Shown here: piece by piece, positions 12,490 through 23,050 of the stretch
Layout of the letters: every line of letters begins with the position of its first letter
How positions within the stretch are numbered: the first letter of the stretch is position 1
Notes under the pieces: generated by a model
Told to the model about the DNA's origin: nothing
The model's database searches: none
Seen by the model: only the letters and a program-made list of their open reading frames with translations
Program-made: the position numbers and the translations under genes
Assembly (NCBI GenBank): GCA_000004985.1
Contig: GG738930.1
Source: Naegleria gruberi
Taxonomy: Eukaryota
Length of the DNA stretch: 64,000 nt
Strand: one strand, 5' to 3'

Positions 12490-12898
12490 ATATTTCTTTT
12501 ATTTTTTTCAATTTCGAATTTCACTACAATGATTACTATTCACATTTCCAACGAAAAGTTGATGAGATCAATTCAACTACTAGATAATTGAAATAAATGT
12601 GCTTTTGTTCCAGACGAAACCCTAAATAAATATTAGAAATTCCTTTACAAAAAAAATGAAACGAAATCGAGAAGGCTTCTTTAGCTTCCTTCCAGAAAAT
12701 GCTTTGAAAAAAAATTGTCAAACTTCAACACTCCTCCATGAGCGATTCAAAGGTAATTTTCCAAAATCATCATGATAAATTATTCCGATGATTTCATGAT
12801 TTGATGATGATTATAATATATTATTTATATGAATTATAATCCGATGATGAATAATGATCATGAAATTGTTGAATTCTATTTAATTGAAATTTTTAATA

Positions 12899-14326
12899 GA
12901 ATTATTAATTGATGATATTTGTGTTGAAATTTTTTCCTTTCTAAATTCTTGGTTTGTTTTACAAACTTGTACGTTGGTATCAAAACAGTGGTTGAATGTA
13001 ATTAGAGAAAGAGCTGAACTTTCGTTAAAGTTTGATGAGAATATTTCACATGATAGACTCGTTTCGATTGGAAAGAGTCAATTTTTGGAACGTATTTGGA
13101 ATTCACATTTTCCTCTAGTGACTGCGATGAATTTTCAAAATGTTCTACTAAAGATGAAGAATTTGAGAAGAATTTCGCAGAATGGTGGATATGTAATTTT
13201 CTCACCTTTTAATTTAAATTTTGGAGAATTGAAATATTTGACATCGCTTGATATTAGTAATAAGCACTTGTCAGATGAATATATTGCAACAATTGGTAAT
13301 TGGGATACATTGAAAGAGTTAGATGTCAGTTTAAATAGTGATATTACTGAACGTGGAATTGGAATAATTAGTGAAAAATCTCTATTGAATAAGTTAAGTG
13401 TTCATTCAATGACCATCAGCACAAAAGGTTTTGAATTGATCAGTAGAATGAAAAATTTGACAGATTTAAACATTATGCAAACTGTATTGGATATTGAAAA
13501 AATCAAATTCATTTCTGAAATGGAACAGTTAACAGCAATTGACATTTCTTTCAATAATATTGGAACTGATGAATTAGGATTGATCTGTAAGCTTGAAAAA
13601 CTCAGAATACTCAAAGCAAATGGTAATCAAATTAATTCTGATGGAGCTAAATTGATCAAAGATTTGAAACATTTAACTCATCTCAGTATTAACAATAACC
13701 AAATAGGAAAAGAAGGTGTCAAATGTATTGGTGAACTTGAACATTTAACACATCTTGCAGTTGGTAGTAATAGAATTAAAGATAAAGGATTGAAATATAT
13801 TGGAAGATTGCAAAGATTGAATTTCCTTTCCATCTATGACAATGGGATTAAAGGAAAAGGTGTAAAATATCTAAGTAGTTTATCACGTCTAGTAACTCTA
13901 GACATCCATTCGAATGGAATTGATAGTTCCAAAACAACAAAACTTATCAGTGAAATGACACAATTAAGATCACTTGATATTAGTGATAATTATTTTGGAA
14001 ACTCTTTTAAATGTATAACAAACTTGAAACAATTAACTAAGCTTAATATCAGTGAGAATGATCTTACTGACAAGTTTGCTTCCTCAATTAGCCAATTGAG
14101 CCAATTGACCTACCTTGACATTCGCGGAAACGAAATTATCTATGAGGGATTCAAAGAAATTTGTGAAAAATTGGAATATTTAACCTATCTTGATTTAAGT
14201 GATAATCAAACAAATGAGAAGGCGATATCATTTCTGGCGAGTTTCAAGAGATACTCAAAAATCAAACAATTATTCTTTGATTCAGAAGTTGATGAGGATA
14301 GTACCAGCGATGAAGATAGTGATTAA
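12899..14326 (+). CDS. F-box / leucine-rich-repeat (RNI-like) protein; 5' exon unresolved
   Basis: An F-box-like LLIDDICVEIFSFLNSWFVLQTCTLVSKQWLNVI is followed by about 14 LRRs (LTHLSINNNQIGKEGVKCIGELEHLTHLAVGSNRIKDKGLKYIG...). The ORF opens just after the acceptor-like tttttaatag at 12898/12899. Upstream ATG 12738 (MSDSK + GTAATT donor) is a candidate first exon, but the phases do not reconcile. Confidence 0.6.
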   Translation, partial: ELLIDDICVEIFSFLNSWFVLQTCTLVSKQWLNVIRERAELSLKFDENISHDRLVSIGKSQFLERIWNSHFPLVTAMNFQNVLLKMKNLRRISQNGGYVIFSPFNLNFGELKYLTSLDISNKHLSDEYIATIGNWDTLKELDVSLNSDITERGIGIISEKSLLNKLSVHSMTISTKGFELISRMKNLTDLNIMQTVLDIEKIKFISEMEQLTAIDISFNNIGTDELGLICKLEKLRILKANGNQINSDGAKLIKDLKHLTHLSINNNQIGKEGVKCIGELEHLTHLAVGSNRIKDKGLKYIGRLQRLNFLSIYDNGIKGKGVKYLSSLSRLVTLDIHSNGIDSSKTTKLISEMTQLRSLDISDNYFGNSFKCITNLKQLTKLNISENDLTDKFASSISQLSQLTYLDIRGNEIIYEGFKEICEKLEYLTYLDLSDNQTNEKAISFLASFKRYSKIKQLFFDSEVDEDSTSDEDSD

Positions 14327-14628
14327 TATTTGTTTATTCGAAATGTTTCGAATAGTGACCTTTCACATCAATTGGAAAGATATTCATTTTATAAGTAAAT
14401 ATAAAAATGAATTCATTAAATTAGAGTTTATTAAAAATACCTTGAACCAATGTACTAGATCTGAGATTTAAGAATGAATATTTTAATGTTTCATTAAATC
14501 CACAAATTAATGCCTTTAAAATAATATTTTTTTAACAATAAATAACACTCTCAGTTACAATTATTTGTTTTTACAACTCTTTACAATGAGCAGTTAAATC
14601 TGGAAATGGAGATATTTCTACAAAAAAA

Positions 14629-15345
14629 ATGGCAACAATTCACAACATTATTCTCCTACTCTTCTCCTGCCTTCTCCTCCTCTCCCAACAAGCCCACTCA
14701 AAAAAACAGTTGACCACAGTGTGTAATTTAGATAATGCCCAACAATGCATCGGAAGATTTTCCAGTTGGGAACATGGTTCCATGATTTTCAATACTTGCA
14801 ACCAAAAAATCCACATCCAGTTTGTGTGCTATAAGAAGGGCCTTCCTCCAACAGCTACAGCCAATTGGTATCAAAGTTTTTCTTTGGATACGTGGGTGCC
14901 AACTTCTTCCAATCGAAATGTTACTACTTTCCTCCCAACGAATGCAATAATGTTCAATTCTATTGGATGTGATGCTTTACCAACTTACCCAACTACAACT
15001 GCTTCTGATTTGGCAATGGTTGGTTCTGTTATTGGAGAGGACAATATTTCCAGTTCATGTACTGAAATGTGTATTCAGAGATATGCACCTCAACCAAGAA
15101 CAAGTTCTGATTCATACCCTGTTCAACTTGTGAACATTTGTAATAGAAATGTGATTGTTCAAGTGGCATGTGCAGATCGTAATTGGAAGTTTTATTACAG
15201 AAATATTGAAATGCAACAATGGAACCCAAAGCTTGATCCAGTTTTGGGAGCCCCAAATGCTCATCCAAACAATGTGATTAATGTTAGTAATTATTTCCCT
15301 AATGCATGCATTGAGGCGTGGGCAATGGCAACAACAAATGCTTAA
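14629..15345 (+). CDS. small secreted cysteine-rich protein (effector-like), 238 aa
   Basis: Real ATG at 14629 in the context aaaaaaaATG. N-terminal signal peptide MATIHNIILLLFSCLLLLSQQAHS. About 14 Cys. No recognisable enzyme motif. Confidence 0.6.
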   Translation: MATIHNIILLLFSCLLLLSQQAHSKKQLTTVCNLDNAQQCIGRFSSWEHGSMIFNTCNQKIHIQFVCYKKGLPPTATANWYQSFSLDTWVPTSSNRNVTTFLPTNAIMFNSIGCDALPTYPTTTASDLAMVGSVIGEDNISSSCTEMCIQRYAPQPRTSSDSYPVQLVNICNRNVIVQVACADRNWKFYYRNIEMQQWNPKLDPVLGAPNAHPNNVINVSNYFPNACIEAWAMATTNA

Positions 15346-15460
15346 TGTGTGATACATTAAATAATTCAATTTATTTCCAATGTGATTTTGTAAATTTCAT
15401 AAGAGCTTGATACATCATTCTCTTCACCACATCAAAGTCATACTTTAAATATTTTGAGAA

Positions 15461-16465
15461 TCACTTGGTAAGTGTATATTTTGAAATCCAATATGGATTT
15501 TTACCCTTAATGCACAATCTCTTCCAATTTGTTAATGTACAGATACTCTTTGATCCTTTTTTCACCTTTCCTCTCACATAGATAAATTCTAATAAAATTC
15601 CTTTCTGGAAATTATAATTTCTCAAATGTCCCTTATTGAACTCTACACATTCCTCAAACTCATAGCAATCAAAGTTTTCATATCCTTCATTTCGTTTAGT
15701 CTTGTACAGGCCATTCTTAAAACAATAACCACAAGAAGCTTCTTCATAAGTATCATTGTTACGACCGTCCAAAATTGGAACAACTGGTGAAAAGCCTGTG
15801 GTGAAGACAAATCCCTTCACCCAAATTTGATGAAATTCTCTGTATCGAATTTGAACTTGATGGATAACTGGGTCAGTATTCGAATATTTTTCCTTTGGAT
15901 CAAACATTCCCATGGCAGTATCACAAGTTGTTTTCATACTCAAAGAAGGTTCATCCACAAAGAAGATATTAGGATTATACACTATACATCCCTCACTGGT
16001 AACACTCTTATCAATAGCTCTCGGAACAAACAATTTCTCAACTACTTTTGCAATCGATAGGTGTAACAATTCATCCCCTAATCGAATCATGTAGATCTTA
16101 CTCTCTGTTGCCTTTCCAACAAACAATGAAACACTCTTATCCAAATTAAAATCCTCAATCAAAATAATTAATTGCTTCTTCTCTATACAATACTTGTTAA
16201 TGGTCAATTTAAATTCTCCAATTCGTTCAACTGGATAATTAATAATCAACTTGTATCGTTTCTCCGTCTTTCCTCCCTTCATCTTTTCAAATCTTACTTG
16301 AATACTTCCCTCATCACCATATGTTTCAAATTCCAATTCAACTTGCTTCCGATTATTTTGTTTATTTCCATGTCCATGATGCCCTCCTGAGGTTGATCCA
16401 AATATCGACTCGAATATTGAAGTCAATTCACCGATCATTAATTTGTGTTGGATGGATTTGGACAT
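15461..16465 (-). CDS. hypothetical protein, 334 aa
   Basis: Real ATG at 16465. Continuous ORF with a Cys/His cluster near the C-terminus (ASCGYCFKNG...FDCYEFEECVEF). No family recognised. Confidence 0.5.
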   Translation of the reverse strand: MSKSIQHKLMIGELTSIFESIFGSTSGGHHGHGNKQNNRKQVELEFETYGDEGSIQVRFEKMKGGKTEKRYKLIINYPVERIGEFKLTINKYCIEKKQLIILIEDFNLDKSVSLFVGKATESKIYMIRLGDELLHLSIAKVVEKLFVPRAIDKSVTSEGCIVYNPNIFFVDEPSLSMKTTCDTAMGMFDPKEKYSNTDPVIHQVQIRYREFHQIWVKGFVFTTGFSPVVPILDGRNNDTYEEASCGYCFKNGLYKTKRNEGYENFDCYEFEECVEFNKGHLRNYNFQKGILLEFIYVRGKVKKGSKSICTLTNWKRLCIKGKNPYWISKYTLTK

Positions 16466-16893
16466 TTTTTTTTAATTAGTTTTTTAAATTGTTTTTTGTT
16501 TTTCAAGTTTTTTAAAGTTCATAGATTTTTGAAGGATCAATTTCGGAGGTGAAATTTCTCTTATTGTCAATGAAATTAAAATTAATCAATATGAGTCCTT
16601 CATATATTCCTCCAACTATGGAAAATAATAATTGTAATTGCAAACTTTCAAACAATTTCAAAAAGAATTTTCAATGCAAAGGAAATGGAAGATTATTTTA
16701 ATGAATTTTGGTGGAAAGTATACGAAGCATATGGTGGAATTGATAGAAAATCATTCGAAACTTTACAAGAAATTAAAAAAACATTAATCATGAATGGAGA
16801 ATTGAGAAGAAAGATCATTCTAACAAAATATGTCAAAACTCAACTTATGAAAAATGTTTTCAAAATGCAAAGGAAAGAATTAAAGAAATTCGA

Positions 16894-17494
16894 ATGACCA
16901 TGTTTGGAGATAGTACAGTTGGAAAATCATGTCTGATCGTAAGCATTGTATTGGGATGGTTTGTGGATAAGTAGGTTATTTGAAATTATCTATTTTTTAA
17001 ATGAAATTTTAAAAGTTATCCAACAATTGAAGATTATTATTGTAAACAAGTTATGGTGGATGGGAAATCGATAATGTTGGAAGTTTTAGATACTGGTACG
17101 TGTTTCAATGGATGTTAGAGTTGAATTTTTAAATTATTGTGAAATTTGGATAGCTGGACCTCAAGATTTTGATGCATTTAAAAATAAGTATACTAAATTT
17201 GGAAATTGTTTCATTGGTGTTTGTTCGGTGGGAGATTTTCAAACAGTAAAATCACTTAGAGAACGAGTTGGTTATATTACGAAGATTAAAGATAGATTGC
17301 TAAATGATTTCCCCATGTTATTTGTCATTAATAAGACTGATTTATTGGAAGAAATAAAAGGAAAGGAAGTTATCGAAAATTATAGAAAGGAAATTTTCTC
17401 AATTATCGAAGAATTTTCTCTCCTTAACACATCAATATTAGAAACAAGTGCTAAAAAAAGAGAAAGTGTAACCAAGATTTATGAGGAAATTTAG
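16894..17494 (+). CDS. divergent Ras-like small GTPase (3 exons: 16894..16970, 17016..17095, 17154..17494), 165 aa, no CAAX
   Basis: Exon 1 is MTMFGDSTVGKSCLIVSIVLGWFVDN (G1 GxxxxGKS), with donor GTAGGT. Exon 2 is YPTIEDYYCKQVMVDGKSIMLEVLDT (switch I TIED), with donor GTACGT and acceptor ggatAG. Exon 3 is AGPQDFDAF...VINKTDL...ETSAK... (G3 DTAG, G4 NKxD, G5 SAK). The phases reconcile (2,1). Introns are 45 and 58 nt. Confidence 0.65.
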
Positions 17495-17655
17495 TTGCGG
17501 TACTGAAATTTTACAAATTGTAATTGAAAAGGATTCGTCAATAATTCGAGAATTTCAAAAATCAAATCAAAAATGTTCGCTCATGTAGAAGTAATGCCTC
17601 TCCCACCAATTTTTTAACTGTGTTCAATATTTTCCAAGTTATTTTACAAAAAAAA

Positions 17656-18132
17656 ATGGGCAACGAGGTGTCAGAACCATTAACTAACCAACGATCACCA
17701 CTCAGTGAATTTGAAGGTATTCCAATGGAAATTCAAGTACACATATGTTCATTTGTTCCAAGGAAGGAATTTTCAACTCTTCTTCTCATTAGCAAAGCTT
17801 TACATCAGCAGATATTGAGGTCGGATGAAATATTTGCAAATTATTATTCGGATTTTAGGGAACATGCTTTGGAAGAGCTGAAAAGATTGAATGGATCTTT
17901 AATAAGTGGAGTACCAGTTCATGTGCCTATGGAATTGTACGAGTGTGATGATGGGATGATGCCATTGAATATTGAGAAAGTTGAAACGAAACTGCACTCG
18001 AAATGTTCCAAAAATTATCAAAGATTACAACAAGCTGTCAAGGATCATAATCAAACCATTGAATCCATTGAAAGATTTTCTGGACACCAACGGAGACAAA
18101 TCCGTTCCAATTCTAATTGCAGAATATGCTGA
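17656..18132 (+). CDS. F-box-like protein with N-terminal MGxxxS myristoylation-type motif
   Basis: First in-frame ATG at 17656 gives MGNEVSEP.... An F-box-like IPMEIQVHICSFVPRKEFSTLLLISKALHQQI follows. The 3' end may continue by splicing. Confidence 0.45.
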   Translation: MGNEVSEPLTNQRSPLSEFEGIPMEIQVHICSFVPRKEFSTLLLISKALHQQILRSDEIFANYYSDFREHALEELKRLNGSLISGVPVHVPMELYECDDGMMPLNIEKVETKLHSKCSKNYQRLQQAVKDHNQTIESIERFSGHQRRQIRSNSNCRIC

Positions 18133-18852
18133 AATGACCATGTACAAATTACTGTAGGCTGTACACAACATGCCTGGGCAGGAAAATAGTTGGGCATCTG
18201 TTTGAAAATTAATAATATTAAAGTCAATATTACTTCAATTAGCTCATATTAAGAGTATGCTTTAGTTTCCCAAAGCTCCTCTGCAACAAAAAATTCTCAA
18301 AGAACTGAATCTTTGCGACCTGTTTGTCCCAAGCATGAACCAAAGCACTGATAAGAAGACTGGAAACATGCATCAAATTCTCGGCTTAATTGTGGTTGTA
18401 TTAAAAAAAAGTTAAGTTTCTTAGCGAGAGAAGGTTCAGCCATCTTTGGACGGAACTAGGAATCGTCATACATAGGCAGATCAAATGCCTCCGAGTTGTC
18501 TGTGGAAATGGAAGGTTCGCTACCCGTTCCAGTTTCATCATGGCGATACAAGTTAATGTATCAATTGTTCCACATTATGATAGAGGCAAACACAGGCTTC
18601 AGAATAGTTGTGCTTGGGAAATTACCTCGTGTTATGGTTGAGAAATATTTTTTAGCGTTTTTTATTTTTATTAAAAAATTCATCAATATTTATGATTAAA
18701 TTTTATTGTGATGAAGAGAAGAGGCCAAGACAAATGGAAAGAGAACCAATTGCTGAGAATCTAACAATTAATAGTAGAACATACTTGATTGCAATCAAAT
18801 AGTCAGTCATCAATCCAATAATAAATTCTCCTTATGATTTCCATACGAAAAA

Positions 18853-19980
18853 ATGAAAAAAGTTCAATCTTCCGATTTAAGCCCCAAAACAACGTCATCG
18901 AATCGATACAGTGATGCTGATGATGATAATAATTATATGGTGAACCATCCATTCTATTCTCGTGAAAAGCAAAGTAGTAGCAGTGGAAGTAGTAGTAACA
19001 ATAATAACAACAATAACAATGGAAATGATTTGGATAGGAGAAAAACAACTCCAAGAAAATCTTCTGATCGGTCGAGTACAGACAATAGTACAAGTACAGA
19101 ATTTAGTCAAATATCACATTATAATAATTTAAAATTTAGACAAAAACAATTGAATGAATATACAGTGAATAATGACATTATTCCGAACGTATCACATTTA
19201 AATATTTTGTTGATTGGAGAAAAAGGAGCAGGAAAGAGTAGTTTGATTAGTACATTTCATCGTTCCCTTCATGAAAATTATGGTGAAGCACCAATAGCAG
19301 TAATTGGAGAAAATCGTGCATCAGCGTTTACAAAGAAAAAGAAAGGTTATGCTGTCAATTTACCAAAATCAATATTTGCTCATGATACAAGGGGATTGGA
19401 AACCTTCTTGAAATTAGAATTGGAACAAGTAAGAGCTATGAGGGATGGTAAAATAGGAGATGATGTAGAAGTGAAACAAAAGGCGAGTTGGTCTCTATGG
19501 GACTATTTATTTTCAATGTTGAGTAGAAATCCTGCTGCAATTCTAGATCCAGATTGTCTTGTAAATAATACTACTGTTCAGGATATTCCTCATGCTGTGA
19601 TATTTGTCGTTCCTGCAAATCAAAGGAATGTACCAAGTGAATTGGAGGATTTTGTAAATTTATTCTTGGAATATGGATACAAACCATTATTTGCTGTCAC
19701 AAAAATTGATGCTCATGGAAGTGGAGACTTATATGCAGCAACTCATTTGTACGATACTAAAAAGACTCAACTGGTGCAAATGTTTGAATTGGAATATACA
19801 GATGTTCATGCAATTCAAAACTATACAGAATGGGATCAAAAGAATGTTAGCATTGAAAGCATGGCTCTCGATTTATTACAGAAAGCAGTGACAAGAGCAG
19901 AGGGTTTCATTCAACAACATATGGACAATGAAAAAGACAAACAAAGTGCTGGTCTCATCTCCAAATGCGAAATCCAATAA
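18853..19980 (+). CDS. P-loop GTPase (AIG1/IRG/septin-like class), N-terminal S/N-rich region
   Basis: Real ATG at 18853. Walker A ILLIGEKGAGKSSLISTF. Continuous 375-aa ORF. The family is not assignable by eye. Confidence 0.55.
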   Translation: MKKVQSSDLSPKTTSSNRYSDADDDNNYMVNHPFYSREKQSSSSGSSSNNNNNNNNGNDLDRRKTTPRKSSDRSSTDNSTSTEFSQISHYNNLKFRQKQLNEYTVNNDIIPNVSHLNILLIGEKGAGKSSLISTFHRSLHENYGEAPIAVIGENRASAFTKKKKGYAVNLPKSIFAHDTRGLETFLKLELEQVRAMRDGKIGDDVEVKQKASWSLWDYLFSMLSRNPAAILDPDCLVNNTTVQDIPHAVIFVVPANQRNVPSELEDFVNLFLEYGYKPLFAVTKIDAHGSGDLYAATHLYDTKKTQLVQMFELEYTDVHAIQNYTEWDQKNVSIESMALDLLQKAVTRAEGFIQQHMDNEKDKQSAGLISKCEIQ

Positions 19981-20363
19981 AATCACTTGTAAATATATTT
20001 GCAAAGAACGTTGAATGGTATAGTTCAATTTGATCGTGCATGGGAAGGAACATAATATCTTGTCTACAGTTCTGCACAAACGCAGGTTTTCCTGTATAAA
20101 TAACTCTTTTGCTTTTGAAAACAAGTAATTTCGTTTCAAACAAATTTCCATTCCAACCATCACTCGAACTTAAATCCCTTCAAAAGCAAACATTAAAAAA
20201 AACATCTACACTGATATTAATAACAAATTGATCAGAATTAATATATTCGTTAATAATATTATTAGCAAAGAACCTGTAACAATAGTACACATACAATAAT
20301 CATAAGATTATATTCCGATAGTCAATATCCAATTGTAAATTAGTAAATAACAACAACAACATC

Positions 20364-21128
20364 ATGCCAGCCAAACAAAAAAGCAAAAAGTCATCAAAGC
20401 ATCAAGAACTCTCCGATAGTGATGTACAAGACTCTGACTATGAAGAGCAAAGAACAACAAGATCAAGCAAAAGACTCTCCAACAAGACATTAGCAAATAT
20501 TGCCAAACAAACCAAATTGGTGAAAGCACTTGCAGAAAAAAAACCAAAGAAACAAAGAAAATTCCTTTCTCTGAGTGAAGAAGCCAAAATCAGTGCTGTT
20601 AATGCCAAATTATTGACCTTTATTGTTGGAAAAAAGAATCCAATTTCAAGAAGTGAAATGACAGCACGTGCTAAACAGTATCTCACCAGTGATGAGGAAT
20701 TCAATGGATTGAAAATCACCATTGCAGCTCTCAATAGCATTTCATTGGTTATGAATCATAGATTTGGAGCTCTTTTCAACATTGCCAGTATTTTGGCATC
20801 TTACAAGGAATCTCAAACAGTGACAGCTTTGGAATTGGAATTTGCAAAGAAAATTCTTGATGGAAAATTGTCTTCCATCAATGCAAATGCAAATGATTTT
20901 GTCAAGATGTTCTGTGATTATAGAAATAAGGACACCCCAATTAAGAATCCTGACCCTCAATTTGCTGACAAGCTCTTCTCAGCAATTCAAAAAGAAGTTC
21001 AACTAGTCCAATCAACCACTAAAGACATTCCATCTCAAGCAGATATCACAACGATATTTTCTGATAAAGCTGCTATTAAAAGAATAGATCATGAATTGAA
21101 AATGTACAAGAAAACAATTTTAGAATAA
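20364..21128 (+). CDS. Lys-rich hypothetical (probably nuclear) protein, 254 aa
   Basis: Real ATG at 20364. Basic N-terminus MPAKQKSKKSSKHQ.... Confidence 0.5.
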   Translation: MPAKQKSKKSSKHQELSDSDVQDSDYEEQRTTRSSKRLSNKTLANIAKQTKLVKALAEKKPKKQRKFLSLSEEAKISAVNAKLLTFIVGKKNPISRSEMTARAKQYLTSDEEFNGLKITIAALNSISLVMNHRFGALFNIASILASYKESQTVTALELEFAKKILDGKLSSINANANDFVKMFCDYRNKDTPIKNPDPQFADKLFSAIQKEVQLVQSTTKDIPSQADITTIFSDKAAIKRIDHELKMYKKTILE

Positions 21129-21308
21129 AATCAATTATTTGATTTTAACAGGAGTTGCAGAACTTTGTTCTTACTTTCCAACTCCGCTCAATTCAATAAC
21201 ATAACACCGCAGACTTTGTATCTTCATGTGTGAAAACAATCATCAGCAAATCAACAAATCAAAAAAAAACAACTTGCTAGTAGAGAGAGAACGAAGAAGA
21301 ATCAACAA

Positions 21309-23000
21309 ATGTCATCATCAATTTTTGAAGGAACCTTCCCACAAGCAATTCTCAAGCAAATTCCAATGTGGGCCATGCAAGAGGGTGCTCCATTCTTTGC
21401 ACTCCTGCAGAATGACACCAACAATAATACGAATGGAACATCACCGACCGATGGACAAGTGCCTGATTGGTTGGGATGGGTTGGTGTTGTTGCTTGGTAA
21501 GTAGTTTATTGTTGTGTTGTTTTGTGTGTGATTTTAAAATTGTTGTTGGTCTTGATGAAAATTGTGGATTTTCACAATTGTTTGATGAAAAATTAATTTC
21601 CGAAATGTTTTTACTGATGAATATTTGGTAACTTTGATATACTTACAATAGTATTATTGCATGGTATGTTTTATTATTTCGGTTGATAAAAGTTCAACAA
21701 CAACAAAAAATCTTTGAATCCGATTATAATATTCGACATTTGTGAATAATTGCATAATTTGTTGACAAATTCAATTATTGGTTTTGACAATGTGTTAATG
21801 ATCATTGAAATTCAATGTAGGGGTACTTTTGGTCTTCCATTAAAAGTCAAATGGATCAAGGAAGCAAATATGAATCCAATCGTTTTTCAATTTTACTTTT
21901 CATCAATGGTTTTGATAACTTCTTTCATTGTTTTGATTTGGAATGAGTGGTATTTCTCATTTTGGGGAATTTTGGGTAAGTTATTTTTGTTTGCATAGTG
22001 GAATGACTTGAAATTTTTACAATTTCATTTTTACAATTTTCACACAATGCACAATTTCAAATTATTTCAAATTTTAGGAGCTGCTGTGTGGGTACCTGCT
22101 TCTTTATTAAGTTTAATAGCCATTCATTTACTTGGATTGGGTGTTGCTCAAGGTGTTTGGAGTGGTGTCAATATTATTACAAGTTTCACTTGGGGTGTTG
22201 CTCTTTTCCATTCTGAAATTGGAAATCCTTACTTGACAGCTTTAGCTTTAATTTTGATGGTTGTAGGAATTGTTGGTATTGCAACTTGTTCTAAATGGAA
22301 TTTACCTGAACTATTGCCAGCTAGCTCAACTGAAACCAAGTCACTTGTCAATGAAACAGTTACACATTATGATGGAAATGAGGAAAATCCAGAAGCACCA
22401 AATACTTTCAATCCAGAAGTTCAAAATAATGAACAAGCTGTTGAGCAAACTATTGAAACAACACAAGAAGAGGAAGAATATCCAACTCAACCACTCTCAA
22501 GAAAGGAAAAAATTGTTTCCATTTTGAAATCATCCAAAAATTACATTCTAGGTCTTGCATGCTCGGTTGGAGTTGGTGTTTTGGGAGGTTCTCAATTTGT
22601 TCCATCTAGATTTGAAGAAAAACCTGGTGTAGTTTACGTGGTTGGATTTGGATTTGGATCTGCAGGTATTACATCTGCCATTCTTGTCATTTACTATATT
22701 TATTATATTATCAGATATAGAGTTGTCTTACCATTCCATCCAAAGGTTGCAGTTTTCCCATGCATTACTGCTTGTTTATGGCAAGTTGGTAATGTTATGG
22801 CCACCTACGTGTCCATGTCAAGTCTTGGATTTACTATTGGATTGCCATTGACACAGGCAAGTTTGGTTGTTGCTGGTATTTGTGGACTTTTATTCTTTAA
22901 GGAATTGAGAGGATGGAAGGCAATTTTACAATTCTTTGTTAGTGCTCTAGTTTTCTTAATACCTGGTTGCATTTTACTTTCTTTATTTGGTAAAAAATAA
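21309..23000 (+). CDS. multi-pass membrane protein, TMEM144/DMT-superfamily-like transporter (3 exons: 21309..21496, 21821..21975, 22078..23000)
   Basis: Exon 1 is MSSSIFEGTFPQAILKQIPMWAMQEGAPFFALLQ...GWVGVVAW, with donor GTAAGT at 21497. Exon 2 is GTFGLPLKVKWIKEANMNPIVFQFYFSSMVLITSFIVLIWNEWYFSFWGILG, with donor GTAAGT at 21976. Exon 3 is AAVWVPASLLSLIAIHLLGLGVAQGVWSGVNIITSFTWGVALF...QASLVVAGICGLLFFKELRGWKAILQFFVSALVFLIPGCILLSLFGKK. The phases reconcile. There are about 10 hydrophobic helices. The resemblance to TMEM144 is from memory of motif pattern only. Confidence 0.55.
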
Positions 23001-23050
23001 CTTTTAATTAATGTCTTTTAAAATTTTATTAAGTTGACTAAATCTTGATT

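Noticed and set aside
16685-16897. 70-aa ORF immediately upstream of the Ras-like gene as its N-terminal exon
   Set aside because: Different frame. The in-frame upstream extension of the GTPase has no ATG before 16894.
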